DNA from: Adineta vaga
Lineage: Eukaryota; Animalia; Rotifera
NCBI GenBank assembly: GCA_021613535.1
Contig: CP075497.1
Coordinates: forward strand, 8,618,001 to 8,682,000
Reading direction: 5' to 3'
Length of the DNA stretch: 64,000 nt
Shown here: positions 1 through 12,522 of the stretch, in pieces
How the letters are laid out: every line of letters begins with the position of its first letter
Position numbering within the stretch: position 1 is the first letter of the stretch
Notes under the pieces: model-generated
What the model saw: only the letters and a program-made list of their open reading frames with translations
Told to the model about the DNA's origin: nothing
Databases searched by the model: none
Made by a program: the position numbers and the translations under genes

Positions 1-246
1 TGAAAAACAAAACATAAAAACAAAATAAGATATAATGTTGATGATGAGCAATAGGTAAGATATATATGGTAGATTCGAATACATAATTATTCATGGTAAC
101 TAACTCATATTCACTGATAAGGAGAGAAAAACAACACAATTGTCAGTTTCTTTTTATTTTTATCAATAGTTAGTTTTTTTTACTGTCGTCAACCAGGACG
201 GTATCGTTATCGTAATCATCATCTGTTTCTACACCCATCACTTACT

Positions 247-504
247 TAGTATTAGTTTTATGATGATGTTTTGCATTTCGAAATCCATGTGAAAATAATG
301 CATTCAAATAAACTTGTGGAGTAGAATTACGTCGATCTACAGCAGTATTATCATGATGTTCAACTGGAGTTTTTAAATCACTACTACGTCTATACGTTTA
401 TTACTATGTTTATTTGCATATGATGGCATTGTTGTTAATTCAGCTACTGTATCAGCAGATGTTTCTTCCGAAGCAGACATTGTTCGTGTTCGTGAACTAC
501 TCTG

Positions 505-540
<36 letters not shown>

Positions 541-723
541 TGGTTGTTGATGTTGAGAAGAATCTCTCGATGCTATATTTATAGAATGTCTTGCAGGATG
601 ATAATGATCATTTTGAGATGATTTTGGTTGCAATGATTTTGTAGGTTGAAGATATACTTCGAGACTATTTTTAAAAGTTGATACTTGTGGTGATGATGAC
701 GATGATGTCGAATCGACAGACAT
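247..723 (-). CDS. 5' exon of an unknown Ser/Gln-rich protein; apparent 1-nt frameshift near 391; gene probably continues beyond the left edge
   Basis: ATG at 723 opens MSVDSTSSSSSPQ...polyQ. The frame stops at 373-375, but the -1 frame continues RRSSDLKTPVEHHDNTAVDRRNSTPQVYLNALFSHGFRNAKHHHKTNT to a GTAAGT donor at about 246. Confidence 0.5.
503..541 (-). repeat. (CAG/CAA)n coding microsatellite (polyQ)
   Basis: tgttgttgttgctgctgctg... run on the + strand, encoding a Gln tract in the minus-strand ORF. Confidence 0.9.
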
Positions 724-2996
724 GATTATAAAAAATTAATAGAAGATTTTTGTTCTGAAAATACGGATATAAGTTTTTTTTAGAAAAAAATAGAGATATT
801 GTTAATGAATTCATTAATTTTTCCGTTTGATCATAACAGGAAAAGGCTATATATATACATTTAGATACTTCATACTGATTTAACACAGTATGAATCTTAT
901 AGATTAGAAAAAGCTGATAAAATGTTCTTTTATAAGGTATTTTTGTACTTACCTTCTCAAATGAAATCAATGTCGTCAATATATTATAGTAATCGACTCA
1001 CTCTATTCTTTTACGTCGTTTACTATTTTTTTCGTATAAAATTTTTTATTGGAAAAAAAAGAAGATGTCAAAAATCTATTGTCTATCTTCTTTTTCCAAT
1101 ATAACTGAAAGAAAACACGTTTTAGATGTCGAGATAGAAAAGTAATCAATGAGTAAAACAATGAAAATAAATCTTTCGATCGGTTAACCGACCTTTCGTG
1201 GCATACATAGTCATGTGCATACCCATTGCGTTCTGCTTGAGTAATCTTATTTCGTTTTTTTTCTTCTTTCTTGCCCACTCAGTATAAACATGAGTATGTT
1301 GATTAGAAAGAATTTTATTGCATAGTTTGAGTCACATGTGTTCGACCAAGCGTGTTTCGATGAAAATAAACAAAATTATAAAAAGGTAAAAGCAAATAGA
1401 TAAATACTTATTCGACCTTAGAATAAGCTAAATTTTTACATATTCATGGTAATATATTTCTATGAACTGATTCGTGTTTATTTTAAATCAATAAATATTG
1501 ACATATGCCAGACATTACTACGATTTGATTACTTATAATTAGTCACAGAAAGCTTTTAAATTTAAATGTAGAAAGATAACACCTATTAACAAGATATACT
1601 TATATGTTAATGAATATTCACATGTTTTTCTTCTTTCTACAGGACTAACCTATATGTAATTTCTGTAAGTTCATACGAACATTGTTCAATGTCACGGGCA
1701 GTTTTTACAATGATATGTACCTGTCATTCAACTTTATGATCAACTTAACAGGAATATCTTGCTAAGTCTCTAGGAAATACTCACTCTGTAATGTTTAAAA
1801 AGTGATCCATGTATGAAAAAAAAACGAGGACAAAAAAAGGTATGATGCGCAATAAAACTAATTCAAGTAAGAGTTTGAGATGAAGCCGAGAAAAGAGAAA
1901 GATTTGGCCTTTCTTTATAACAGTCATACTATGTTATTACTTTTTCTTCCCCACTTATTTCTCTTTTCATCTCATTACTCATCTACAGTATCGTAGAAGA
2001 AGAAGAAGAAGAAAGAGAAAGAGAATTGAAATGAGCACATTGAAGACTCGAGGGAATTTCAAATTGTTGTAACACTTGTCGATCTTTTCTTTCATTGATT
2101 CGTTCAGGTTTAGTGAATATATATCTATGCATTCGAAATAAGATCTAATATTAAAGAAAATACTAACCTGAAACAACAAACGATGTAAACAAGATCAATA
2201 TATGCACGTTAAATTCAATGAGAGAAAACATTGACACTTTCCTCAATTTTAAAGAAAAACATCACAAGTAAGATCAACAACAGAGAAAAATCACACACTA
2301 GTAAATAAAGAGTAGAAGATCATTTCAATATGTGTTTGTTTTCTTTTTCTCTTGATTTAAAATGTAATGGTTCAATACAACTGAAGACCTTTCCGTCCAT
2401 TTCTATGTGCGCATTTAACCTTCAATTACTCTGATGAACTTTAAATTTATTATTGCATAAACTAAATGTAATTGAAACCAGAATGAGAGAAGAAAAATAT
2501 ATTCTATACTCTTCGTTATGTAGATTTCGATGATATACTTATACATAAGAATCTTATCAAATAACAAAATTTTAAATATAAATAGAACGATGATGTAAAC
2601 ATTATAATCGGTAACACAAGTACAGATCAATTACAAATGTATTTTTCGAAGACAAGTAATCGATTTATGAAAAGTATCCCTGTTTCTAATTAAACCTATA
2701 TGATTGACATTTCTACAGCTAATAGTTATTTGATATACTATAGAGTTTCGGCATAATATTGTTGTGAAGTATTTATTAGTTTTATCAAAATTTTGATATA
2801 TATATATAGGTTGAAAATGATCGAAAAATAAGTGTATGATGAAGTTGCTTAACAATCTTTATAATTGATGTGTTTGAATAGTAATAGATATTTATCTTTG
2901 TTCAATGAATACATCTATCACTTTTTCGATCGAAGAAAAAAAAAGGTTTTAGAGTTAGTAACTATTGTATTTATTTGCTATGGTGATTTTTCATGA

Positions 2997-3383
2997 TTAT
3001 AGGTTTATAATATGTCCATTTTGTACTAATGCATCAATCGCTACTTGCAAATTTTTATCCTTGACCAAGACATAATCTGTATCAAATGTTGATATTGCTA
3101 GTATACCAACATCAGTTTTGGCTAATGGATTTAGAATCGATGTGAGAATACCAGTCATATCAAATGAAAATGGACCTTTCAATTTAAAACATTTCCAATT
3201 TCGTTCACATTGGATATCTCTTGGTAAACGTTGATCATCAATAGTTATTATTGATAACTCATCATTAGTTTTTGTAATTGAAACAAATGGACCGTCGAAT
3301 GCCCATGCTGGTAATGATGATGATGGTGATAAACGACAGATAACAAAATTTTCTCGTAAAAGATTAAGAGTTAATTTTGCCAT
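2997..3383 (-). CDS. Bacterial-type small ACT-domain protein (ACT_7/CASTOR-ACT-like, COG3603-like), intronless; HGT candidate
   Basis: 128-aa ORF from ATG 3383 with family motifs SITKTNDELSI, WKCFKLKGPFSFDMTGILTSILNPLA and ISTFDTDYVLV. Confidence 0.85.
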   Translation of the reverse strand: MAKLTLNLLRENFVICRLSPSSSLPAWAFDGPFVSITKTNDELSIITIDDQRLPRDIQCERNWKCFKLKGPFSFDMTGILTSILNPLAKTDVGILAISTFDTDYVLVKDKNLQVAIDALVQNGHIINL

Positions 3384-4108
3384 CAATAAATTGTGTGTGA
3401 CACAAATAGATTTGTAAACGTCATTTCGTTTTATAAAAGAAATACATACGATACAACTGTCATCTAATCACAGACATCATAGATATATTACTAGAAGAGG
3501 GCGTACTCTGATGGTAAATAATCATTCTCAACATGTTTCAGAATGTAGTTGAATGATGTTAAATCTAGTAATTATCCTAATTAGAACATTATAATGCAAT
3601 TAAAACTAAGAATTTTGCTATCTATAGTTCTATTCTAATGTAATATATGTCTGTCAGAAATGATGCAGTATCAGTATGAGTTTTATTTGAATTTTGGAAT
3701 AAATCTTATCATAAGAGCAAATATGTAATCAATTCGATATCTTATTACGTCAATCAGTTATTCATCGAGAGAAAATGAATATTTAAAGTAAATATTTATC
3801 ATAATAGTATACTCTATCCATGATTTTTACAATCAAAAATTCAATATCATATTCTCAAAGATTTTTTTGTTCTCGCTGGTTATCAACATCGATTCTTCAA
3901 GTTCACACTTTTTATTATAACTATTAATCACTCTGTATGAAACAATTTTATCTTAAGATGACGACAAGAAAAGAAAATGTGTTTATCAATGTTTGGTTGA
4001 GATCTCTTGACAATTATCGCTCGTTTAGTATATTTCATATAAAGCTTCTACACACTTTCATTTTATCTAACAGTGTTGAACTATCGTCTCGTATTCATTA
4101 TTTGAATC

Positions 4109-4832
4109 ATGCAAGTCGTTTATCCTGATCCAAAAATGATTCGTCGCCAACAATGGCAAAAAAATTGGCCAACACTATTTCTTGCTATAATTGCAACTAC
4201 TCAAATGTTACTAACATTTCTTATTGTTAGTTTTGAAACATGGAGTGTGATATTGAGTATTCGATATGCATTTGCCTCCGTTGGTTATTCTACAGCTTTT
4301 TTCTTTACCATTACTTGGATATCAACATTTACTGTTGGTAATAGACTATCGGGAAAACTTGTACATAAATCTTCTTCTTCTTCTTCTTTTGTTTATAGTT
4401 TGTTGCAATCGTGGTTCTCAAGGTTGTGCAACACATGCATTAGTTGAAAATATTCTTTCAATTATTGCAGCAAGTATTCTATTATATTTTGACGCTCAAT
4501 TTCTTCGAAATCCATCCATATGTTATTGGCCCAGTGAAATGTGCTCTAATTCTTTTTGGAGTATTCAATTGAATGATTTTTCGATGAATTATGATATAAA
4601 TATTCTGAATGCCAAACTTCTTGCCGTTAAATTACAATTAGCTTGTGCCGCCATAATGCTGTTTTCATGTGTACTTTTTATTGTTATATATATCTATACA
4701 GCTTATAAAGTTCGACAGGAAATAACAGTTATTCAACCACATACAACAATTCAACTTGTAGCGCCTTCACAAATTCAAGCACCATCATCATTACCACCCA
4801 TTGAACAACAATCGCCCACAAATTTCTATTAA
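4109..4832 (+). CDS. Uncharacterised four-TM membrane protein (MS4A/tetraspan-like topology), 2 exons (4109-4337, 4399-4832)
   Basis: A 61-nt GT-AG intron (4338-4398) joins the two ORF-track frames. The product has four hydrophobic segments, an NPSICYWPSEMC loop and a Pro/Gln-rich tail. Confidence 0.8.
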
Positions 4833-5116
4833 TTTATCTTTTCATTAAATTTGCACTTTCATTTTATGTCATTGAAAATTTAAAGCGTATGAATACAAAC
4901 AACTGAGTTTCTATTCTTTGTTGTTATAAAGATCTCTCGTTTAACTACTTTAACCTAGCTATAAAAGAAAAGACATGTATTTTCATACGATGTGCTATTT
5001 GAATCCTATGTTTTGTCAGTAATTTATTGAAAAGAAAAATAATCAGATGCTACAGAATAAATTTCTACTACCGAGTTTATTGAATAATCCTTTGATTTCG
5101 TTGTCCATCGATGTTT

Positions 5117-5717
5117 CTATTGTTCCATTTCGACTTCTTTGATAGCAATATCAACACCATTAGGAAATAGAAGTTCCAAACGTCTTTTTTCTAATTTATC
5201 TTCTTTCTCAACAATTTCTTGAACTTGTTTAATTTTTTCTTCGTCAATAATCATCTTTTTAGCCAATGCATAAATAGCTGTTATCTTTTCCGGTGATAAT
5301 TCTCCACCAGCTAATGCAGCACAAAAACCATCATAGAAAAGCCATAACTGTCCATATTTAGCATGATCAAGACCACTTTTGGAATGATATGGAACTGTAC
5401 CATCTTCAACATTTGGTTTAAATTTTTCCGCCAAATCTAATACTTCTTCAGGTGCACCTGTATGTTGAAGAAAACGTATTTTTTTTTCTTTTTTTTCCAA
5501 ATAAATATACAAGACAAGGATACTAACCCATAGCTGCTGAATATCCGATAACCCATTGTCGTGTTTCATCAGTTACTTTCGTATCAGCAGCAGCTACTTT
5601 AATAACAGCTTTCGCATGACATAAATCTGCATAAAATTTACGTTTTGTTTCGCCTTTATGATTATATTTTTCTTGGTGCAGCCATTCACTAACTATTTGA
5701 CGAACGTTATCAGTCAT
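5117..5717 (-). CDS. TerB-like helical protein of probable bacterial origin, 2 coding exons (5717-5528, 5457-5117)
   Basis: A 70-nt intron (5458-5527) gives ...GYSAAMG|APEEV.... Two repeats of a TerB-type motif are present (AAADTKVTDETRQW; LAGGELSPEKITAI), plus a C-terminal KRRLELLFP. A 5'UTR intron is likely (GTATGT about 5782 to CAACAG 5719). The family call is less certain than the CDS. Confidence 0.65.
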
Positions 5718-6173
5718 ACTGTTGAAAAAAAAACAGATAAATATTTCGGTAAAATCTATTGCAAAAGTATCATAATACATACTTTGTGTACGGCGACGGT
5801 AATCAATGAAAACCTTGTAAATAATGTACAATGAAACAGGATAAAATGCGATTATATCGACTTAGCTCGACGATAGAGAAAAATCAATCATGCAAAACGG
5901 ATTGTATTTTGTCGTATGATTGGTGATTAAATCGCCCACATAGTTTTGAGAATGCGAAAGTTTATGATTTGAAAATACATGAAAATAAAACTCGATATTA
6001 TCAATTAAGTTTATTTTGAAAAAGAAAAATTTGAATCATTTTAATAGAATAAATCATTTTTTAAATAGTGTTTATTCAGAAATATATTGTTACATCCGAT
6101 GAATATCTTTGAATATTCAAGAAAAAAAACCAAACTTTTTTTTGTGATCTAGTTTCAACATTACACTTCAATT

Positions 6174-7133
6174 TTAATTTTGACGACCTAATGTTGGATA
6201 TGGTCCTTGCTGTCTGGGATTTTGCGGCAGAGGTCCTCTTGCACCAGGTGCCATCATTGGACCACGAGGTCCAACCATCATCGGACCAGTTGGTCTACCC
6301 ATTCCTCTTGGTGGTTGAGCTCCATATCGAGGATTGAAACCAGATGGTGCTCCTAGTCTTGCATTAGGTCCCATTGGCATACGATTATAAGGTGGTCCCG
6401 AAGGACGAAAATTAGATGGAGCATAACCTCGATGAATATTATCAAATCGTGCTTTACCACCAACACCAAATTTAGCGAAAAGAACAAGAAATACTACAAC
6501 TAGAAAAAGAAATATATCATAAATTTCAAATACCAATTAAATTCCTGAATAACTAACCTGTTGCAATAAAAAGCAATCCAAGAACAATTTGACCAACATA
6601 AAACGAAGTTGCATTTGAATATGTATATTTTAAATAACTACAACCACTAGGTATAATACAAGCATATGGATTGGCTGCAAACATAACATTAAAAATCACC
6701 ATTATAGTTGCAGTTATTCCACCTAAGACATTCAATGCTGCAGCAACTTGAAGTTTCATCCAAGTTACTTTTCGTGCTAGGAAAACAAAAGAATATAAAA
6801 AATTGTCACTTTAAAAGAAATGCATATTAGCTTCTTCTTACTGGAATGTAATGTGCTTACACAAGCTATAAAACCAAATATAAGTGACCAAACTCCACAA
6901 AGAACTTGCCAACGTGGTGCATACATAAGAATAACTGGTAGATCGACACCAAATGTAGCTAAACTGATCAATAATTGAACTACACCAATTATAGCAACAA
7001 TACATTTGGGCCATGAACGACGAAAATATTTCCGTAAAAAATCTTCTCGTTTCTCTGTCACTTCTTCTTTTTGACGAACATATTCTGCCACATCAGAATC
7101 TGGACTATCTCTATCAGCTCCTCCTGGTCGCAT
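6174..7133 (-). CDS. Uncharacterised four-TM membrane protein with Gly/Pro/Met/Arg-rich tail, 3 exons (7133-6842, 6776-6558, 6499-6174)
   Basis: Two short GT-AG introns join three ORF-track frames in phase. There are four hydrophobic segments and an NPYACIIPSGC loop. Confidence 0.8.
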
Positions 7134-9682
7134 ATCTTTACGTACTGTTTTTGATCAAAGTTTTCGAATCGTTTTGTTGAATGTTGTTGCTTGCTTGATT
7201 GTTTATGTGTGGGTTGTCAGATCACAAAACAAACATTCCGTTAATGCGACAGTTTAGTTTTATGTATAGATTGAATCGATAAGAAGTAAAACAACGACAA
7301 AATTTTTTCTTTCGAATATTCCATTTAAGAAAAAATAAAGTGCAAAAAAAGAACGAAAAAAAAAGAAATGAACAAGTGAAAAATAGTTTTGCAACGGCGT
7401 GATACTCATTTTTCAACTTATACAATACAATTATTAAAAGGAATCAAAACAGAAAGAAAAAAAAGATGACGCCCACAAATTATTCGTTTTTATCCGTTAG
7501 GCGTTTTCAAAGATCCAAGTTCATGACAATTTCAACAGATTATGTCATGGACGATGTATTAAATAAGAATTTTCTCATTGTGTAACGTACAAGAGATCAA
7601 ATTATTAGTTAGAAATACTACATTCCAAGACGATGATTCTGATCTCTAGAAGTGGTCATTGTTCTAAATCATTTAATTTCGTTTTGAGTGGGAATATCTT
7701 TATGCCAACCTACGGTTTCCTTGTTATTGTTTTTATTATTAGGTAAATAATATATTGATGAATTGAATCTTTCTAATAAATTAAGAGTAGAATTCTTTTC
7801 TTTTATTTCTATATAAATAGAAACATGATTAAATTTTGTCATTTCTAATTTCTCGAATCATCACTCAGTTAAATAACTTCGATTGCATGTTCATTCAATC
7901 CAAGGAAAATTTCTCTAAATTTATTGACGAATAAGTTTCTCATTAATGAAGACAAATATCTTTTTTCTTTTCAATCTCGAAAAAATCATTGTTTTTATCG
8001 TTGAATAAACTAAAATTGTTTGATCATTTCTATTATCAATCACATTGTAGTTGATATTGAATCAAATGAATGGCGATACATGGTCACGGAAGAAAAGCAA
8101 ATTAACACGACGATATTAAATGAACCAAACCTATGTTTACGATGAACAAAGAAATAAAACGAGTAGATTTTGTATTATCTTTTTCAATTTCACACATATC
8201 AAAATAATTATTCAGCCAACAGAGAAAAAAACATACATATCTTTAAGTTTTGATGAAAATGATGAACAATCACAGTTATGAATTTATCAGAATGGATACC
8301 GACGTTTTCTCTTAAGATTCAAATTATTATCGGTTTTTTTTAAATATTATTTTCCGCCATAATATATGTTAACTCAATAAAACATTTTGCTATCGGAAAT
8401 GAATGAAAACTACATCACTGAATAGAAATAAGAATGTTTGTTTTTATACAATATACTCTTCTTATAAATTCAACGTGTCTGAGAAGTGTTACATCAATTT
8501 CATGTTTGATTTAATGAAATGATCTGGTAAGATTACATGAACATGTAGATATATAAATTAGAATGAAAGAACATAACATGTTATTATTAGTATAGTTATG
8601 AAAAAAAAAAGTTCTTCTAAACTGAGTTGTTATGACAAAAAGAAACGAGTCTTTTCTTATCATTAATTTTGTTGAAGTAAGAAAAAAAAATGTCTCGATG
8701 ATAATCGTAAAAATCTGTCTTGAAGTTTTAGATTAGAATCAAAAGGACATTATCCGTCTTTTCTTTCCTAGATCTTTATATAGACATATAGGCAGACAAA
8801 ATGAAAATCATTATATATCTTGACGCATGTACACACATTTGTCAATGCTGACTCTTTTCTCTCTTTTGTTCCTATTTTGATTGATCGATTTGATTTCATT
8901 TTCAGCAATGTTAGATGTCTATAGACAATCTTGGACTCGTACTGATATTTGTCCATATATTGAGTTAATTGTTGTCAAGTAAAATGAGAGAGAGACAACA
9001 TCAAATATCTATACAATGTTATGTTCTCTCTATAATCTGGCTCAATGCCAGGTCATACACTGTTTTCCATTCTATGTTAAATTGAACATTTCTCGCGTTT
9101 TCTTAGTCATTTCTAGTCTTGCTTATTAATAGTAATTGAATACGACAAAATGAGAAAATTGGTTGTTGTTGATTTGCCAGAAAACGTTATCAGGTTAACT
9201 TGTCTTTTGAGCTATCTTAACGCGTCTTTCAGACGTATAAGTATAAAGAAGATATAAATAACATATTCGAGTAACAGACAAAACATTATGACTATCTGAC
9301 GTTGATAGTAGCTGTTGTTGTTATTATTATTTCAGTTGATTTTTCATTCTTTTTTGTTTCTTCTTTGACTCTCTCATATGTGTCGACTGAAGGGGGTACA
9401 ACGATATAAGAAAAATCTGTACTCCAATTTCGTTGTCGTCGACAAGAGCAGAATGTATGCATCTGTGTGTGTGTGTATATATAAGACGCGTTCGCGAACA
9501 GCAGCTAACCCTACAAGTGTTGTTGGCGTTAAGCCAACTGCGCGTGGAGCAGCGTGATGTTGATGACGAGCATCATGTGATTTGAATATAGAAAGAGAAT
9601 AAGAAGAAAAGGAAGAAAGAAAAAACTGTTGTTCGTTTGTTGTTCTCTTCCGTTCTCTTTTCTTTATCAAATAATTTTTTTC

Positions 9683-9793
9683 TATTGGTTGGCTCACGTA
9701 CTACTTCACAACCTAACATACATACAAATACGATGGATGGATAGAAAGAGCAGCTGTTTCTTCGTTTCTTCAGTATGTTGTGTCGTGCAGCTG
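9683..9793 (+). promoter_or_regulatory. Putative TFAP4 upstream regulatory block: ATTGG (CCAAT) box and two CAGCTG E-boxes
   Basis: ATTGG at 9684-9688 and CAGCTG at 9751-9756 and 9788-9793, in a locally CpG-richer stretch about 0.5 kb upstream of the ATG. Confidence 0.35.
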
Positions 9794-10304
9794 ATTCGCC
9801 GTTAATGAAAAAATAAAACATTCTGGTTTTTTCTTCTCTGTTTCTTCTTGGTCGTCGTCGTCTTCGTCGTCCATACACTACATTCTTTCTCTATTCTTTT
9901 CTCGCGCTCTCTTTTTCTGGTTTCTATTATTACCCTACACACACATACACACTCGTCGTCATCATCGGGTTTGTTCGCGTCGCCATCGTTGGTTGTATAC
10001 GTATTTTTACTACGATTAGTACTTCCGACAGATACTCTTCGAGAAAACCACATTGAAATTAGATACAAATCAATATTCTACTTCTTTTTTTCAAATCGTA
10101 CGTATTCAATGAAATTTCTTTTTTGTTTCTTCTCCTCCTCCTCCTCCTACAATTACTATTACTACTACTACTATTATTTATTTTCTTTTTTCTTCTTCTG
10201 CTGTTGTTCCCTTTTTTCCTCCTCATTATGTAAGTGTGACAAATTTTCTTTTTTCTTTTCTCTCCTATAGAAAAAATTTCATTACAATTATAAACATTTC
10301 TTGA

Positions 10305-12522
10305 ATGTCCTATTGCTATACGGATGATGATTCATCTAATCCAGCATCTATACCATCTCAACATTATCATCATTTAATGCCTGAATCACCCTTACAACAT
10401 AAGTTGTCAACGAATACGATTACTCCAAATAGTCACGTTAGGTAAGTGTAAGTTAATATGAAACAGATACTTTTAGTGTACTATATCAGAACTCATATGT
10501 TCAAATGTATATGAATGATGTTTGGCTAATAGCCAACAGAAAAGAGAATGTGTTTTTCTTCTTCGCTATGAACTGAATTGCAATATGATACGTGAAAAAG
10601 CACGCTCATACAAGAGGTGTTTGTTCTGTTCTTTTTCCTGTGCATCTGTTCGTTCATACATATATTGGCTACAGTTCAGTTCAGTAGCAAACACGAATAG
10701 CGCAAGAGAGAGAGAGAGAGAAAGGAAGTCAGAGAGAATTTCCTTTACAATTTTTTTTTCAGTATTTTAAATATTCGACGAACCTATCTATTGTGTGATA
10801 TAAAAAAAAGAAGATTACATTCTGTTCTTATCAAATATTTCATTTAAATATTTTCTTTGCTTTTAGTCGTGTGAGTTCCAATATGTCGCCAAATTCACAA
10901 CTAGAGCATGAAAAACGCGTACGACGTGAGATAGCTAATTCAAATGAACGTCGTCGTATGCAATCAATTAACACTGGTTTTCAAAGTTTAAAAATACTCA
11001 TTCCTCATTCATGCGGTGAAAAACTTAGTAAAGTATGTTATGTCTGCGTCACAACGAGAGTCTCTAAAAAAGCAGAACTAAAGTACCTAGAAAAAAAAGA
11101 GGGATGGAAAAAAATGAGTCAAGGCCAAGGTGCGAAAACATAGTGTGTAAATAAAGGAAGAAGAAATGTTTATTAAAATCATCGTATGATTATAAATATT
11201 AATTTTCATTTCAATGAAATTTAGGCATGTATTCTTCAACGTGCAGCTGATCATATTAAAAGTCTCGAAACCGAAAAACTTAAATTACAATCTCAAAATG
11301 AACAATTTCGAATATTAATTAAAAGTTTCCAAATAGATTCTACTAGTGTTCTACAAGCGCAAAGACGTTTATCAACGAATGGTATAATAACATATGATTA
11401 AATAATCGCTATTTTTTCAATATTGTTTTCTTTCGTTTCAGATCCAGATGATTCGGTTTTATTACTTAATAATGAAACAAAACCTATTATTAGTTCTGAT
11501 GATAATAGTGATGATCAATTAAGATTATATCATGATGGAAAAAATCGCCATACGTATATTCAAAACTGGCATGATGCTTCTCCGTATGTTCAAGCACATA
11601 AAGACGAACAACAACAACAACAACAACAGCATTATTATCCTCCGTCATCATCATCATCTTCGTCATTGTATCGAACGAATTCGAAACCATTGTCAACATC
11701 AGACACAACATATATGATTGTTAAACAAAATCAACCTAGTCAACGTTGTTATAAAACGAATTCACTTGATCAAAATAATGATAATGGAATTGTTATTGTC
11801 GAACGATGTCAACTCAGGGCACAAAGTGTTGATACAAATAATAATAATAATAATAATAATAATAATTCCTCTTCATCGTCATCCCATTTAACTGATCATG
11901 CCGTTTCTCGTCGAAATTTACAAACAATTGTAGAAGCTATACGTCATTTAGAAGGTGATGATGCACTAGCAAATATGAATTATCAACAATCATCGTCGAA
12001 TCAAGAAGATCTACCAGCACAAATTAAAGCAATGATTAATGAAAAATTCCAACAACAAACAAATAAAAGTCCGCCATCATCATCAACAAATGCTATTTAT
12101 CAACAAACAATTAGTCTTTATGATCAACAACATACTACATCAACATTACACGATGTCGATTTACATCAAAAACCACCTAAAAAACGTAAAATAACTTATA
12201 ATGAAAATGATGATACCATTGAACAACAAAGCATTGTACATAAACATGGTAAAATTTCTGTTAGTTTTCTTTCTATGGTAAGAAGCTTTTATCCTGTTTA
12301 GAATTACTCCCAATATCAAGTCCAGATGTTCATCATCATGAGCAAATCACAAGTGAATCACCACCTCTGCACCCTCCTTCACAAACAACTATCTCTAGTT
12401 TAGTCGTACGTTCACCACCAACAGTAGCTCAATTATTACAAGAGCATATAATACAACGTACAGCACGTTATCCCCCACCTCCCCTATTATCAACGAATCT
12501 ACATCGACATCAACAACCTTGA
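10305..12522 (+). CDS. TFAP4: bHLH-LZ transcription factor AP-4 (cropped-like), 5 coding exons (10305-10441, 10867-11032, 11225-11381, 11442-12248, 12302-12522)
   Basis: bHLH-LZ reads EKRVRREIANSNERRRMQSINTGFQSLKILIPHSCGEKLSK|ACILQRAADHIKSLETEKLKLQSQN. The AP-4 specific TIV motif SRRNLQTIVEAIRHLEG is present. All introns are GT-AG and in phase. Confidence 0.92.
11838..11866 (+). repeat. (AAT)n coding microsatellite (polyN in TFAP4)
   Basis: aataataat... run in exon 4. Confidence 0.9.

Noticed and set aside
364-378. TTTAAAAAC as a -1 slippery site in the left-edge gene
   Set aside because: The heptamer is phased to the downstream frame (T TTA AAA), not to the incoming ATT TAA frame.
7222-10270. 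Several ORF-track ORFs upstream of TFAP4
   Set aside because: Low-complexity F/K/S-rich translations of T- or A-rich UTR and promoter DNA, with no domain or splice support.
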